DNA of 64,000 nt from Octopus sinensis (Eukaryota), in assembly GCF_006345805.1 (NCBI RefSeq), contig NW_021832993.1, forward strand, positions 6,216 to 70,215, in the 5' to 3' direction. Each line of letters starts with the position of its first letter. Position 1 is the stretch's first letter. The notes under the pieces are model-generated. The model saw only the letters and a list, made by a program, of their open reading frames with translations. It did not search any database and was not told the DNA's origin. Of the stretch, positions 38,706-52,225 are shown one piece after another. Both the position numbers and the translations under genes were made by a program.

Positions 38706-41700
38706 ACAATGACAACAAGAATAACAACATTTCGACATCTGCTGCCACAGCTGTCTCTTCTGCCACAGCTGTCTCTTCTGCCACTGACACCACCACCAAC
38801 AACAATAACAACAACAACAATTCCGTTCAGACCTTGTCTCCTCCAACAACAAAAACTGAAGGGAATAAACAAAAGACTGTGACCACCAAACAAATTGACA
38901 AAAGCTGCTCGAATACAGGGATAAATTATGCAAGTAATTTTCCACCCCTTCCTACTTGCACAATCAAACCAAATACACCAATTTTACCAACTGCAGCCAA
39001 CAACAACATCACCACCAGCAACAACAATAACAAAACAACAACAAATTTCGCCGAGGCGATTAAAGAAAAATGACAACAAATAAAAGACACGAACATTCTA
39101 ATAACGGAAGTAGATGGTATAGTAAAAGTAAACATACCACAAGAAATATTAGAAGATGAGAAGAAAAGAACGATTATATATAAAATAATTAATAAGAAAA
39201 CAAAAAAGTCCAGAGAAGGCTAACACAAGCAAAATTGAAAAATGCTTGAAACCCATCTGGAACTACAAAGAGTATGTGACCTGGTGGAACAAGTTCGCAC
39301 ACATACAAGTGGTCTTCCACACTGAAGAGTTAGCAAGACGTTTCTCAACGCTAACTCTTCATTCAGATGAACTTCAACTAACACCAAGCTATCGTGGACA
39401 GAAAGTGACTAAGATCACTTTAAACAATGTCCCAAAAATAACTAACAATCTCTGGCTAGTAAAGGCCTTAGTGTGAAAGATTTCACAATTTTAGAAACCA
39501 ACTCCCAACAAAGGACATCTGCCAAAAAAGACACTCATCGAAAATGAAGAAACAATTACTACTCCAAATCCCCCAAAATTGACACCCCAAAACAACAAAC
39601 AATACTACATCACTCAAACACAAAATACCCACACCCACCTCAAAAACCGCATACACCACAACCTAACGCTCACCAACCAACACAACAACAAAATCAACAC
39701 AGTCTACAATAGACCCCAATATTTTCCCTCTTCCAAGCTCTGATTCTTCTGATTTGTCATTAGACGAAGAAGACACAGAAGATTGGCAAATAGCCTTAGG
39801 GGGAGAAGAAAAAGGGGGAAAAAAGGAAAGAAAAGATAACAAACAAAGCAGGAAGATACACCACTCCCGAAACAAAAACATCCACAGAAAACAAACACAT
39901 CAACACAAACACACCATCATCAAACCCCCCAACAATGTTGACAGCCATAAATACAAACAACCACGACCTAATGGAATACATTAGGTCAAACACCAACATA
40001 ACTGAAAACGACATAAAAACAAATAACCACCCACGCACAACACCACCACAACACATTAAAATAATACACGTAACACAGAACACATACAGCACCCTGAAAT
40101 CTCTTTACCCTGATGCAGTAGGGAGATTTCAAAGTATTCATCAAAGAAACTATACAAAAGCCTCATGAAAGAAGACTGTGAGGTGAAAAACAAAGGACTT
40201 TCGAACAACAAGTAACCTTTCTCTCTTTCCTTTTTTGCACTTTCTTTTCGTGTGTAAAACACAATTTTTTATAGGAACATGCTCAGAATAGGCAGTATAA
40301 ATGTACGTGGCTTGGGGTCGCCTTGTATAGAACTCATTATCGTGTACTACATGAACTGGTAAAATAACTCTAAAGTAACATCATTTAAACTCAAAATGTT
40401 GAGACTTCTCTTATGCTCTGTTGTATTTGCATACCTTATTCTGTACTTCTGTCGCACACACGAACACACAGATACAAATATTATAAGCATGCATTCATGA
40501 CACAACATTACGCTAATAATAACAAATCACTTTGTACACTGTGAATAAAATCTATCTTCTCTTTATAAAAGTAGAACGGTTTTTGGAGTCCTTATTTCAT
40601 ATACTTTGGCACTGTTTATAAACATGTATTATGGCTTATATAATATTACATTATGTTATGTTCTGTTGGGATGCGGCCGGACGCTGTTGTACAAGAGGAG
40701 AAATATGTCACCGAAACACCTCACGTACGGTCGTATTCTAACAGCAGTATAAATGTACGTGGCTTGGGGTCGCCTTGGAAACAAGGCTACCTGTTAAATG
40801 ACATCAAGTCACTAAATCTGCATATCATAGCCATCAGTGAGACCAGACTCCACTGCTCGCGGGCACTCCAGCACATGTTCGGCACACATTTCAACATTTA
40901 TTTTTCTCCGTGTCTACCGAGAATGGGCGGAGGTGGCACCGCGGTGCTTCTCCGGAAGAGTCTGGACCTCAAAGTAAGAGCAATTTTCCTAGACCCGGAG
41001 GGTAGGCTGGTCGTTTTGGATGTCGATGGCAGCAATGAGTGTGCTTTTCGACTGATAACAGTTCATGCACCGTCCTTAACAGGCCGACCAAATTTCTTTC
41101 GACGTCTAGAGTCTTTCATGGGAACGTCTCGTCCGTTACTTTTAGTGGGGGATTGGAATGCCACCCTGGACACGCAATCTAGACTACGTGGGCAGAGATA
41201 GCAATAGGAGGGGATGCAAATGCCTCAAAGACCTGCTCAGACGTTTCCAACTGTCTGACAGGTACCGACTGGACCACCTGAATGTGCCAATGTGGACATG
41301 GAGTAACCGCATCGGGTCGTCCAGATCGTACTTAGATAGAGTATTCTGTAGGACAATAGATAAAAATAGTGTAGGTTGTCCACAACTTCATATAGTCAGT
41401 TACACAGATCACAAGTTTGTGACTTGTACACTTAACTTAGATAAGACACATAGGCAGGGTCCTGGTTACTGGAAAATGAACGCGTCTTTTACAGCACGAC
41501 AGGTTTACAGGGACCTGGTCAGCACATTAGTTAAGAGGGCTTTGACGGGTACCATCGTCAACAACAGATGGTGGTATGCCCTAAAAAAAGCAATTAAAGC
41601 AGAATCAGTCAGGTATAGTAAAGCCTTAGCATTAGACCGAAATAGAATAGAGGGAGACTTAGTTAAGAGTTTAGAAGAGGCACTTAGAAATGGCATCGCG

Positions 41701-43967
41701 TCCAACGTACTGGCAGCGAGGTTGGCCTCGACCAACACCTCAACGCCAAACACGAAGGATGCGTTGTCAGAGCTAGGATGCGTGCTCTGAGGAACGAAGG
41801 AGTTGGAGCCGCCCAAGAAGCCCGAGTGGTGGAGACGCAACGAGGCAACAGAACCACCATCAAGTCTCTTACAGATGAACAGGGGCGCGAATTGCTCGAG
41901 CCTAAAAGGATGTGTGAGGCTTTTCAACAACTGTTTGGAACAAGTGGTGGGTCAGAACGCAGAGTGGACTTTAGTGCCTACCTGCATGCCTTGCCACGAC
42001 TCACAGCAAGAGAGGCGGAGTCTTGTGAAAGGCCTATCACAGCTGCGTACGTACAGGATGCGATGGCAGGCTGCGCGAGAGACAAGTCACCAGGCTTGAA
42101 TGGTCTGCCCTACGAACTTTATTGTCATATGCCAGACTTCTTTGGAGGCGTCGTGGCAGCTGTATACTGCAACTGGCAGCAAAACGGGAGTATCCCTGCT
42201 TTTGTAAAGCGAGGAGCAGTGGCACTGATTAAGAAAGACCCAAACAAGGGGGACGTCATAGATAATTTCAGGCCCATCACTCTACTCAACGCAGATTTGA
42301 AAATTTTGGCCAAGGTGTTAGCCGAGAGGTTGGCGCTTGTCATCAAGAAACTAGTCAACAAGGCGCAAACATGCGCCGTGCCGGGTAGAAGTATTCATGA
42401 CAACCTCTATCTGATGCGCTACATCATAGACAGGGTAGTCAAGAATCCTAGCATGGGTGGGGCGCTGATCAATTTGGATCAATCAAAAGCTTTCGATAGG
42501 GTAGACCATCACTACTTGGAGGCTGTCCTTAAAGCGGCTGGTTTCGGTCCAGTTTTCCGCGGCTGGATCGCTGCCTTACTCAGCGGCATCCGCTCGGTAG
42601 TTCGCGTAAATGGTCATCTATCCAGATCTTTTAACATCATGCGTTCGGTTCGTCAGGGATGCCCCCTCTCATCGCTTCTGTGTGTATTGACTCTTGAGTC
42701 ACTACTGCGGAAACTGGCGACGCTGAGGGGCATCCCACGAGAGCTGGGATGCGGGAGGAGCGTGTCTGCATACGCGAACGACGTCACCGTCATAGTGTCG
42801 AGCTACCAGCACATCGAGCTGGTCGGCGAGACACTAAAAGAATACGAAGCGGTAACGGGAGAGAAAATTAACCGGGAAAAGTCAGTGGGCTTGCGGCTCG
42901 GCACCTGGAGAAACAGGCCCATGCCGTCCAACAGCGTCTCCATCGTGGGACGCTGGACCGACGGACCGGTTAAATTGCTCGGGGTCTGGTTCGGTCCGGA
43001 CCTCCAAATGGAGAAGAACTGGGGCGAAATAACGATTAGGGTGGCTACTCTCACCCAGAAATGGGGTGAAAGAAAGCTATCCCTAAAAGGTCGGGCGGAG
43101 GTGGCGAACGCGTACATCGCATCCGTCATCGAGTATTGTCTGACCGTCGTGCCTTGTCCCTAGCCTACCATCACCAAACTGGAAAGTATACTCTTCCGCT
43201 TCTTGTGGAAAGGGAAACGTTCCGATGATTAGGCGATCCATTTGCTGTCAACACCCGCTAAATGGAGGGCTGGGCATGCCCTGGTTGATAATGCGCAGAC
43301 ATGCGCTGAGACTGCGACATCTCCGGCACTTCATAGACGACGGTGAACAGGTGTGGTCGCCTTTTGTGAGGTGCGCTTTCCCGCAACTCGTCTCCTTGGC
43401 CGAACTACAGCCATGGATAAAGCAGAGACAGAGGCTAGGCGATTGGCACCGCGAGTGTCGCGTTGCTCTCAAGCAACTCTGCCGTCCGGGATCAAACTTG
43501 TGCAACTCCATTACAACAAAGGCGTTCTATAGAGGACTAGTGGAGGGGAGGTGCTACGACGATCTCGGGCAGAGTCTGAGCGTCGACGAGGAACACCTGA
43601 CCCGCCTGTTCAGGACAACTTTCGGGCCGGGACCTATGGTCAATCACCAAAGATCCCTGGCCTGGCAGTGCTATCGAGAAGCATTACCTGTTCGGAATAA
43701 ACTCTACAGACACGGTTCCAGACACACTGGACCGACTTGTCCGAGATGCGACGAAACCGTTCTGCACGCACTCGTACAATGTCCAACCATTTCAGACCTG
43801 TGTTTCTGTGATATATGATTTCTTTCCTCTTTTTTTGTTTCCCCTCGATCCCTTTTGATCGGAATCTTACATTTATTTTCCTTTTTCTTTTCCACACTCG
43901 AAAAGAAAATCTCTATATTTGTATTTGTCCCCTCTGTATTCAGCCCTGTGTGGCCAATAAAAGAAAG

Positions 43968-43968
<1 letters not shown>
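38706..43968 (+). mobile_element. Tx1-like unit 4: unit-2-type ORF1 with an internal deletion, ORF2 40279-43800 interrupted, 3'UTR
   Basis: RT ORF 41778-43163 (QGCPLS, YANDV with a D-to-N change); 3' deletion near 43800; AATAAA at 43956 then (TATC)n. Confidence 0.9.
40324..40743. mobile_element. 420-bp solo-LTR-like insertion
   Basis: Termini TGTATAGAA...TTCTAACA, internal tataag and aataaa; flanked by a 32-bp direct duplication. Confidence 0.55.

Positions 43969-44048
<80 letters not shown>
43969..44048. repeat. (TATC)n tract joining Tx1 unit 4 to unit 5
   Basis: Read directly. Confidence 0.97.
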
Positions 44049-44049
<1 letters not shown>

Positions 44050-47000
44050 CGATCGATAGTGTTCGTTGTTGGTTCTGCCTTTTTTATTGTTTTTTTGCAA
44101 AAGTTTCGTTTCAAATTTTCGCGCACGGGGTGTGTAAGACACCCAGCCTTCGTCTGGGTGTGTTTTTCGGAGGGAATTTTGCCCCTAGGGGCAATTTCAG
44201 CCTTGATTATATATAAAAAATTTTGATTCTCTAGCTTCCTCATAACGCATAGACGCTGTTCTCTCACTCTGTTGCATCCATTTTACATTTTCGGAGTTTT
44301 CAACTTTTCAAATGCCCAACTTTCGTTTGGGTGTTTTTTAAATGTAGAATTCGTCCCTAGGGGCATTTTCATCAATTGATTTTTATTTCTCGATAAAAAA
44401 TGTCGAGAAATCTTATCGTAGAGCAATATTCTGGAATTTTTTCTAAGGAGGTTTTTCCTGCTTTGGGAAAGACAGTCAACAAAGACGCTGCTACAAAGAA
44501 TGATAAGACTGTAATCAACACCACCACCACCACCAACACCAAAACTACCACATCTGACAACTGCACTGATTCAACAACCGTTAACAACAACAACATGAAT
44601 AACAACAACAAAAATGAAGTAAATATAAATGTTCATGATGTTTCGCAAGATTTTATTATCTCACCTATTAATGGTGAAGATAATATCAACAAGACAAAAG
44701 TAACAGTCCTTGAAAAAGCTACAAACACTACAACAACCAACAATAATTCTGATACAACAACAAAAACACACAACGACAAAAACTGCCAGAAGAAAACTGT
44801 GAATTTCGCTGACACCCTGCGTCAAAAAAGAGAAATTGTACATTTCACAAATGAAGAGTTGGTGGAGACACGATCACTCTTCACAACTTCAGGACAAAAT
44901 TTAATTCTGCACACACCACAGCATGTGAAAGATGTGGAGAAGAGAACAATTTTATATAGAATTATAATAAAAAATCCCCCCCCCCACAAAAACAGAACAG
45001 GTAACAAAAGCAGACATTGAAAAATGTGCCAAGAATATTATGAAAATCAAACAATACATAAACTGGGGTCCCCAATTTAATACAGTGCTGGTCCGCTTCC
45101 ATAATCAGGAAGAGGCAAAAGCTCACTCTACGGAGACATTACAAAATGAAGACCACGTCATGGTCCCATACTACATGGGACAAAGAGTGAGTAAGATAAG
45201 AATAAAAAAATGTTCCGCCCGAAATCCCACCCAAATGGATAATACCGGCGATATGTTATCATTTATAATCAATTAACATTTTAGAAATCGCCGTTGTAAA
45301 AAATGATAATTGGAGTGGGAAATCGATAGAAGTGACCCTTCAAATCGATGGGTCTTCTATCGAGAATTTACCAAATATTATATATTTGGAAAATGGTCAA
45401 AGCCTGTATGTGGTAGCGGAGGGTAAAAAACCACAGTATTACCGCTGTGGCAGTCCAGACCACTTAATCGCTAAGTGCGTTCTGGGACAGAAAAACAAGA
45501 AAACAAATCAGAAAACAAATACGAAACAACCTCTGCTACCAAACCTACCAAACCCACAACTGATACAAGAATTATATAGAAATATGGAACAACGCTAAGA
45601 ACAACAACAAACTAGCAAACACATCCCAACAACATCACCAAGAAAAGAAACAGCACCAACACAATTACCGCTGACGTCGCAACCAAATAAAGAAGCAAAA
45701 CCACAACCAACATCAAAATATAAACCAACACCAGCACCAAGGACGACAACTAAGAAAATAGATAACAGTGACGAGAAGACAAATTCTACCCCTAACACCA
45801 CAACAACACAAACACCGCACAAAACATCAACACTTTCTACAAACATACATATCAACGCAAATGCTTTGCCTTTACCCCCTTCTGATTCGTCAGACTCTTC
45901 GTCTAACGACGAAAGTTCGACGGAATGGCAAATAGCTACAGGGGGTAAAAGGAAAAGATTAAAAAAAGTCCACCTAACAAGCAAGTAAAGCAGGGAGATA
46001 TTTAACTCCTGACAGCCCCTTAGACAATCAAACCATCAACGAACCCGCAAAATCACACACACATCTAACAGCAATAGACACGGACAATAAAAAACTAATG
46101 GAATACATTGCATCTAACACAAGCATTTGTGAAGATGACTTTAAAGTAAATAATCATCCACGCACTACACCACCGACACACATAAAAATTGTACACGTCA
46201 CACACGGTCTGGGGATTCCAGAAATATTTATCAAAAAAACTTTTTAAGAACCTCATCTTAGACATCTCAAAAGAGGAGGAAACTACTCAAACTTTCGAAA
46301 CAAGTAAGTAACCTTCCCTCTCGTCTCTTTCACTCTTGTGTGTGAAACACAAATTTTCGACCATCAATTATACTTAAATTAGGTTATATGAATGCACGTG
46401 GCTTGGCGTCGGCTTGGAAGCAATGTTACCTTCTAAATGACATCAAGTCACTGAACGTTGATATAGTAGCAATCAGTGAAACCAGACTCAGCAAGCCGCG
46501 GGCCCTCGCGTCCATGTTTGGCGGACAATTCGACATTTATTTTTCTCCCTGTCTGCCAAGCACGGGTGGTGGTGGTACCGCGGTGCTTTTTCGAAAGAGT
46601 CTAAACGTAAAAGTAAGAACAATATTCCTTGGGGGTAGGCTGGTTGTCTTGGACGTGGATGGCCGAAATGGGTGTGCATTCCGTCTAACGGGTCGGGCGG
46701 ATTTCTTCAGACGTCTAGAGGTTTTCCTGGGAACGTCTAGACCTTTACTGTTAGTAGGGGATTGGAACGCTACCTTGGACACGCATCTAGATTATGTGGG
46801 AATGGATAGGAAGAGAAGGGGATGTAAGTGCTTCAAAGACCTGCTCAGACGTTTCCATTTGTCTGACAGGTTCCGACTCGACCATCCGAATGTGCCAACG
46901 TGGACTTCGACAAACCGTGTGGGATCGTCGAGATCGTATCTAGATAGAGTTCTATGTAGGATAGAGATAGTGTAGGATGTCCACAATTTAAAATAATCAG

Positions 47001-47310
47001 CTACACAGATCACAAATTTGTGACGTGTACGCTCGACTTAGATAAGACACATAGGCAGGGTCCCGGTTACTGGAAACTGAACATGTCGCTCTTAGCGCGG
47101 CAGGTTTACAGGAACCGAATTAGCGAGTTAATTAAGAGGGCGTTAACGGGAGCCATCGTTAACAACCGCTGGTGGTTTGCCCTGAAAATGGCAATCAAAT
47201 CGGAATCAATTAGGTTTAGCAAGGAATTAGCGATAGATCGAAATAGAGTAGAGGGAGACTTAGTTAAGAAACTAGAAGAGACACTTACCACTGGCAGCGC
47301 AACCAACGTG
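44050..47310 (+). mobile_element. Tx1-like unit 5: 5'UTR, ORF1 44400-46309, APE part of ORF2 46389-47310, 3'-truncated
   Basis: MSRNLIVE..NFADTLRQK, YYRCGSPDHLIAKC, MNARGLASAW..ISET..GDWNA and GPGYWKLN; ends shortly before a (TG)n tract. Confidence 0.9.
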
Positions 47311-47607
47311 CTCTTGATTACCTGTGTGTACGTTTCTGAATGTGTGTGTGTGTGTGTATGTGTGTGTATGTGATGTCCTATAACTGTTTGTCGCTCTACT
47401 TTTGTAGGGTCTTCCCTGTTGCTGTCGCATTGTGAGATTTTAGAATTACGTCAAAGTTTCCAACTTTAGTATATTGAAATAATTTTCCTAAATTAAATCC
47501 GATTTTGTTATTTGTTCCTGAAAAGTTGCAGAAAAATGTTACTGAGGTTTAAAGTTTAATCAATAATAAATCTCAGAGCGAGTTATAAACAGTAGCTACA
47601 ACACATC

Positions 47608-47814
47608 GTGACGTATATTTGCCATTTAAATATGGTTAACCCCTAAGGGTGGATGCTACTGTAGTTTGTAGCCCCAGGAGGACATCTCCTCCAGCTGGCC
47701 ATAGACACACTTTCTGTGTCCTATCAGTATTTCAGTATCAGAAATATTTCAGTATCAGAATATGGGTAACCACCCTTAGGGGTTAGCCATATTTAAATGG
47801 CAAATATACGTCAC
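47608..47814. mobile_element. Small MITE-like palindrome with ~46 bp TIRs
   Basis: gtgacgtatatttgccatttaaatatggttaacccctaagggtgg and its reverse complement at 47769-47814; no target duplication seen. Confidence 0.75.
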
Positions 47815-48299
47815 AAAGTTTAATCAATTTTACCTAATCAAAAAATATGATTTGGAAGCTGGCATTTTTTTTTCTTTGCGTGATAGCTGTCTATTACGAA
47901 ATGAAAGCAAAATCATTAGGAGGAAGAATTTTTATTAAACAAACGAAAGCAAGGCATTACGACGATCAAAGTTGTAAGAACTTCTGAAGTTTTAATGGGT
48001 AAAGTTATGTGAAACGGCCGAACAGACATGTAAATAATTTAAAAAGCCAAAAAATCCTCAATGAAGATTTTTGGCGAAAAATTGCACAAATATGTTCTGA
48101 TTAAGAGGCTTATCTGTAGGGAAAGGCATGCTCTGACATGGAATAAAAGTTTATATAAGATATTCTTGTGTAAAAATTGCCTAGCAACCACGGGTTATTC
48201 AGCTTGTGTGTGTGTGTGTGTGTGTGATAGTTTTTGTAGCAATGGCTGTTTTTAGCAAGTGGTATTATATACACTACCTTATCGTATATATAGAGAGAG

Positions 48300-48309
48300 A
48301 CAGACAAAC

Positions 48310-48397
<88 letters not shown>

Positions 48398-48434
48398 GTG
48401 TCTAAATTCTTATGACGTGGAAATCGAAAGCCCG

Positions 48435-48481
<47 letters not shown>

Positions 48482-48701
48482 CCATTAATCAAACGATCCC
48501 TCAAAATATTTAAGCAAAGCATCACATTTAATTTTTTATTTCTGTCTTACTTTCTACACACACACACACACACATAATCCCTAAGCATATACGCAAAGCT
48601 TGTTGTAAATCGACTGATAAAATATATACACCATTGAGTATTTGATAGTTGTCTGTCTTTTAAGGAGTAGTGTGCTTGAATTTGCTCTCTCTCTCCCTCT
48701 C

Positions 48702-48732
<31 letters not shown>

Positions 48733-49552
48733 ATTCCCTCCTCTTTCTGTCCTCACCATCCATCACCTTCTCCCCTTCCTCTGTCCTTCTCGCCTTTCTC
48801 TCATTCTGTCTCTCCATATATCTGTATAAGTCTTTTTGCTCTTTTTCCCTCACATATATATACAAGATACACATGTATATTTGTACGTATTTGTATGTGT
48901 CCACACGCATACATGTGTGTGTGTGTGTATGTGTGCGTATGCGTGTGAAGGTATATATATGCATGTATGACTATGTGCTTATAATTGCGTGTGTGACATT
49001 ATGAGTGGATGTGTATGTATTTGTGCGTATGTATGTGTGTGTGTGTGTGTGTGTGCACATATGTGTGTGTAGTGTATGTATATATATGTGTGCTCGTGTC
49101 AGTAATTGCGTGTGTGACTTAAGGAGTGCGAGTCCGTGTGTGCGTGTGTGGAGGTGCATATACATGAATAAGTGTGTTTGTGTGTGAGTGCGCGCATGTA
49201 TGAAGATGTATATACATGTGTATTAGCGTGTGTGTGTGTGTGTCTGCATATGTGTGGTGATGATGTATCTATATGCGTAAGTGTCTGCGCGTGCGCGCGT
49301 GTTTTCACTGATTATGTAGTCGATTGGAAGCAAATTATAAATGCTTCTCTTTGATGTCTGTTCTGTACGAAGCAATTTTCCTTGGGATGGTCCAAGGGCA
49401 AGGTCAATCGAGGTTTGCCTATCTGTGTGTATGTGTTGTGTGTGTGCGTGTTTGTGTGCGTGTTTGTGTATGTGAGAACACATTTATGTGTATGTGTGTG
49501 GAAACGCATTTATGTGTATGTATGTATGTATGTATGTATGTATGTATGTATG

Positions 49553-49586
<34 letters not shown>

Positions 49587-49608
49587 TGTATGTATGTGTG
49601 TGTGTGTG

Positions 49609-49640
<32 letters not shown>

Positions 49641-50401
49641 TGTATGTATGTATGAATGTATGTATATGTGTGTGTATGTATGTATGAATGTATGTATATG
49701 TGTGTGTATGTATGAATGTATGTATGTATGTATGCATGCATGTATGTATGTATGTATGTATGTATGTATGTATGTATGAATGTATGTATATGTGTGTGTA
49801 TGTATGTATGAATGTATGTATATGTGTGTGTATGTATGAATGTATGTATGTATGTATGCATGCATGTATGTATGAATGTATGTATGTGTGTATGTATGTA
49901 TGAATGTATGTATGTATGTATGTATGAATGTATGTATGTGTGTGTGTATGTATGTATGTATGTATGTATGTATGTGTGTGTGTGTGTATGTATGTATGTA
50001 TGCATGTATGTATGTATGTATGAATGTATGTATGTATGTATGTATGAATGTATGTATGTATGTATGAATGTATGTATGTATGTGTGTGTATGTATGTATG
50101 AATGTATGTATGTATGTATGTATGAATGTATGTATGTATGTATGAATGTATGCATGTATGTATGAATGTATGTATGTGTGTGTGTATGTATGTATGAATG
50201 TATGTATGTATGTATGTATGATGTATGTATGTATGTATGTATGTATGTGTGTGTGTGTGTATGTATGTATGTATGCATGTATGTATGTATGTATGAATGT
50301 ATGTATGTATGTATGAATGTATGTATGTGTGTGTATGTATGTATGTATGTATGTATGCATGCATGTATGTATGTATGAATGTATGTATGTATGTATGTAT
50401 G

Positions 50402-50433
<32 letters not shown>

Positions 50434-50841
50434 TGTATGTATGTATGCATGCATGTATGTATGTATGTATGTATGAATGTATGTGTGTATGTATGTATGT
50501 ATGTATGTATGTATGTATGTATGTATGTATGAATGTATGTATGTATGTATGTATGTATGAATGTATGTGTGTATGTATGTATGTATGCATGTATGTATGT
50601 ATGAATGTATGTATGTATGTTGTGTATGTATGAATGTATGTATGTATGTGCATATGTATGTGTGTGCCTTTGTGCGTGAGTGTGCATTTGTGTGTGTGTG
50701 AGTGTGCTTCTGAGTGTGTCCTTGAGTGTGTGCGAATTTGTATATACATTTGTGTGCGCGTATACGTATGTGTGTGAATATATATGTATGCGTGTGTATG
50801 TATGCATTTATGTGTTGTATGTATGTATGTGTATATATATA

Positions 50842-50900
<59 letters not shown>

Positions 50901-50960
50901 GTGTGTGTGTGTGTATGCGTGCGTGTATGGCTGTGTGGGTATTTGTATTTAAGACAAATA
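48300..50960. repeat. Microsatellite block: (GATA)n, (TG)n, (CT)n and a 1.2-kb (TATG/TGAA)n tract
   Basis: Read directly. Confidence 0.95.
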
Positions 50961-51828
50961 CGTAACCTCACTAGGCTGTACAATTTATGACCAAAACCAG
51001 AAGAATGTGCTTCGTGCCATTAATGTTTCCGTTTGAAATGTTGCAAGTCAACACATGCAGGAAAGACACAAGACCTGGGGAAAAGATTCAAGAAGTTGTA
51101 GGGATCCAGGACTGTTGATGAATAATTTTGTGTGTATGTGTGTCTTTGGGTGTGTGTGTGTATGTGCATGCATGTGTGTGTGTGTGTGTGTTCTTCTGTG
51201 CGTCTGTACGTACATGTGCCCGTGCAAAAGAGAATGTTAAATCATGGAAAGAGAAATTTTAACGGGTTTCAGATAGTAACTGTTTCAGGTTTTAAATTTT
51301 GGCATATAAAGCCAGCAATTTTAATGATTAGTCGATTGCTTTGACCCCAATATTTGACTGGTACTTTAATTTCATCGACATCCCGAAACGATAAACGGAA
51401 AGAAATAGAAGAAATGTTGCTATACAATAGGCAAGAAGTGAAGTTTTAGAGTCAAATACGTTGGGAAAAAAGGCAAGGTCGTGGGGATGGCTGTAAATGT
51501 AGGCGTCTTTGTGAAATATATTTGGGATTGGTAGTTGTAACTAATTTTTTTAGAGAATACGCTTTTATTCATTTATCGTTTTGCTTGTTTCAGCTAATTG
51601 GGTGAGGCCCAGCTGGGGCATTGCCTTGAAATATTTAAATCAATCAAGTCGATGGTTTTATTTATTAATTTTTTGTAAACCCCGGTATTTATTTAATACG
51701 TTTTTTTAATCCAATCACTGCTTAGTTAAAGACACTTAAATGCGCACGCACACACACACACACCACACACAAACACACACACACCACACACACACACACA
51801 CACAACACACACACAAACACACACACAC

Positions 51829-51888
<60 letters not shown>

Positions 51889-52122
51889 AAAATAAAGTCA
51901 AGATAGAAAATGCTAAAATAATTTTATAAAAAACATTTTCAGTACCGGTTTCAGTCATTGAGACTTTTTCAACAGTAAGTATTGGAAGACAATTAAATTT
52001 TGGAAAAATTCAAAGAAAAGTTTTTTAAAAGAATATTTGCTTAGTGTTCAAATACAAGTGGCATTTTCCTTGTTTCTGCCTGTCTCTGTCTCTCTTGTTT
52101 ACTCTTGTGGGTTCTATGTCGT

Positions 52123-52159
<37 letters not shown>

Positions 52160-52225
52160 CCATAAAGTCAGGAGGTATGAGAGGTTAATATATATATTTA
52201 ACCACGTAGCTCTCAGATTACGGAC

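Noticed and set aside
44100-44200. HDV-like ribozyme in the Tx1 5'UTR
   Set aside because: I could not build the nested P1/P2/P3/P1.1 pseudoknot; only simple hairpins are supported.
29396-47310. Telomeric retrotransposon array
   Set aside because: There are no TTAGGG tracts and ordinary interspersed repeats lie on both sides; the resemblance to HeT-A/TART is only an analogy.
51925-51980. Penelope-like CTGTTGA...GAAACCGGTA motif (minus strand); similar relic at 54515-54550
   Set aside because: The core deviates from CUGANGA and stem I is absent.
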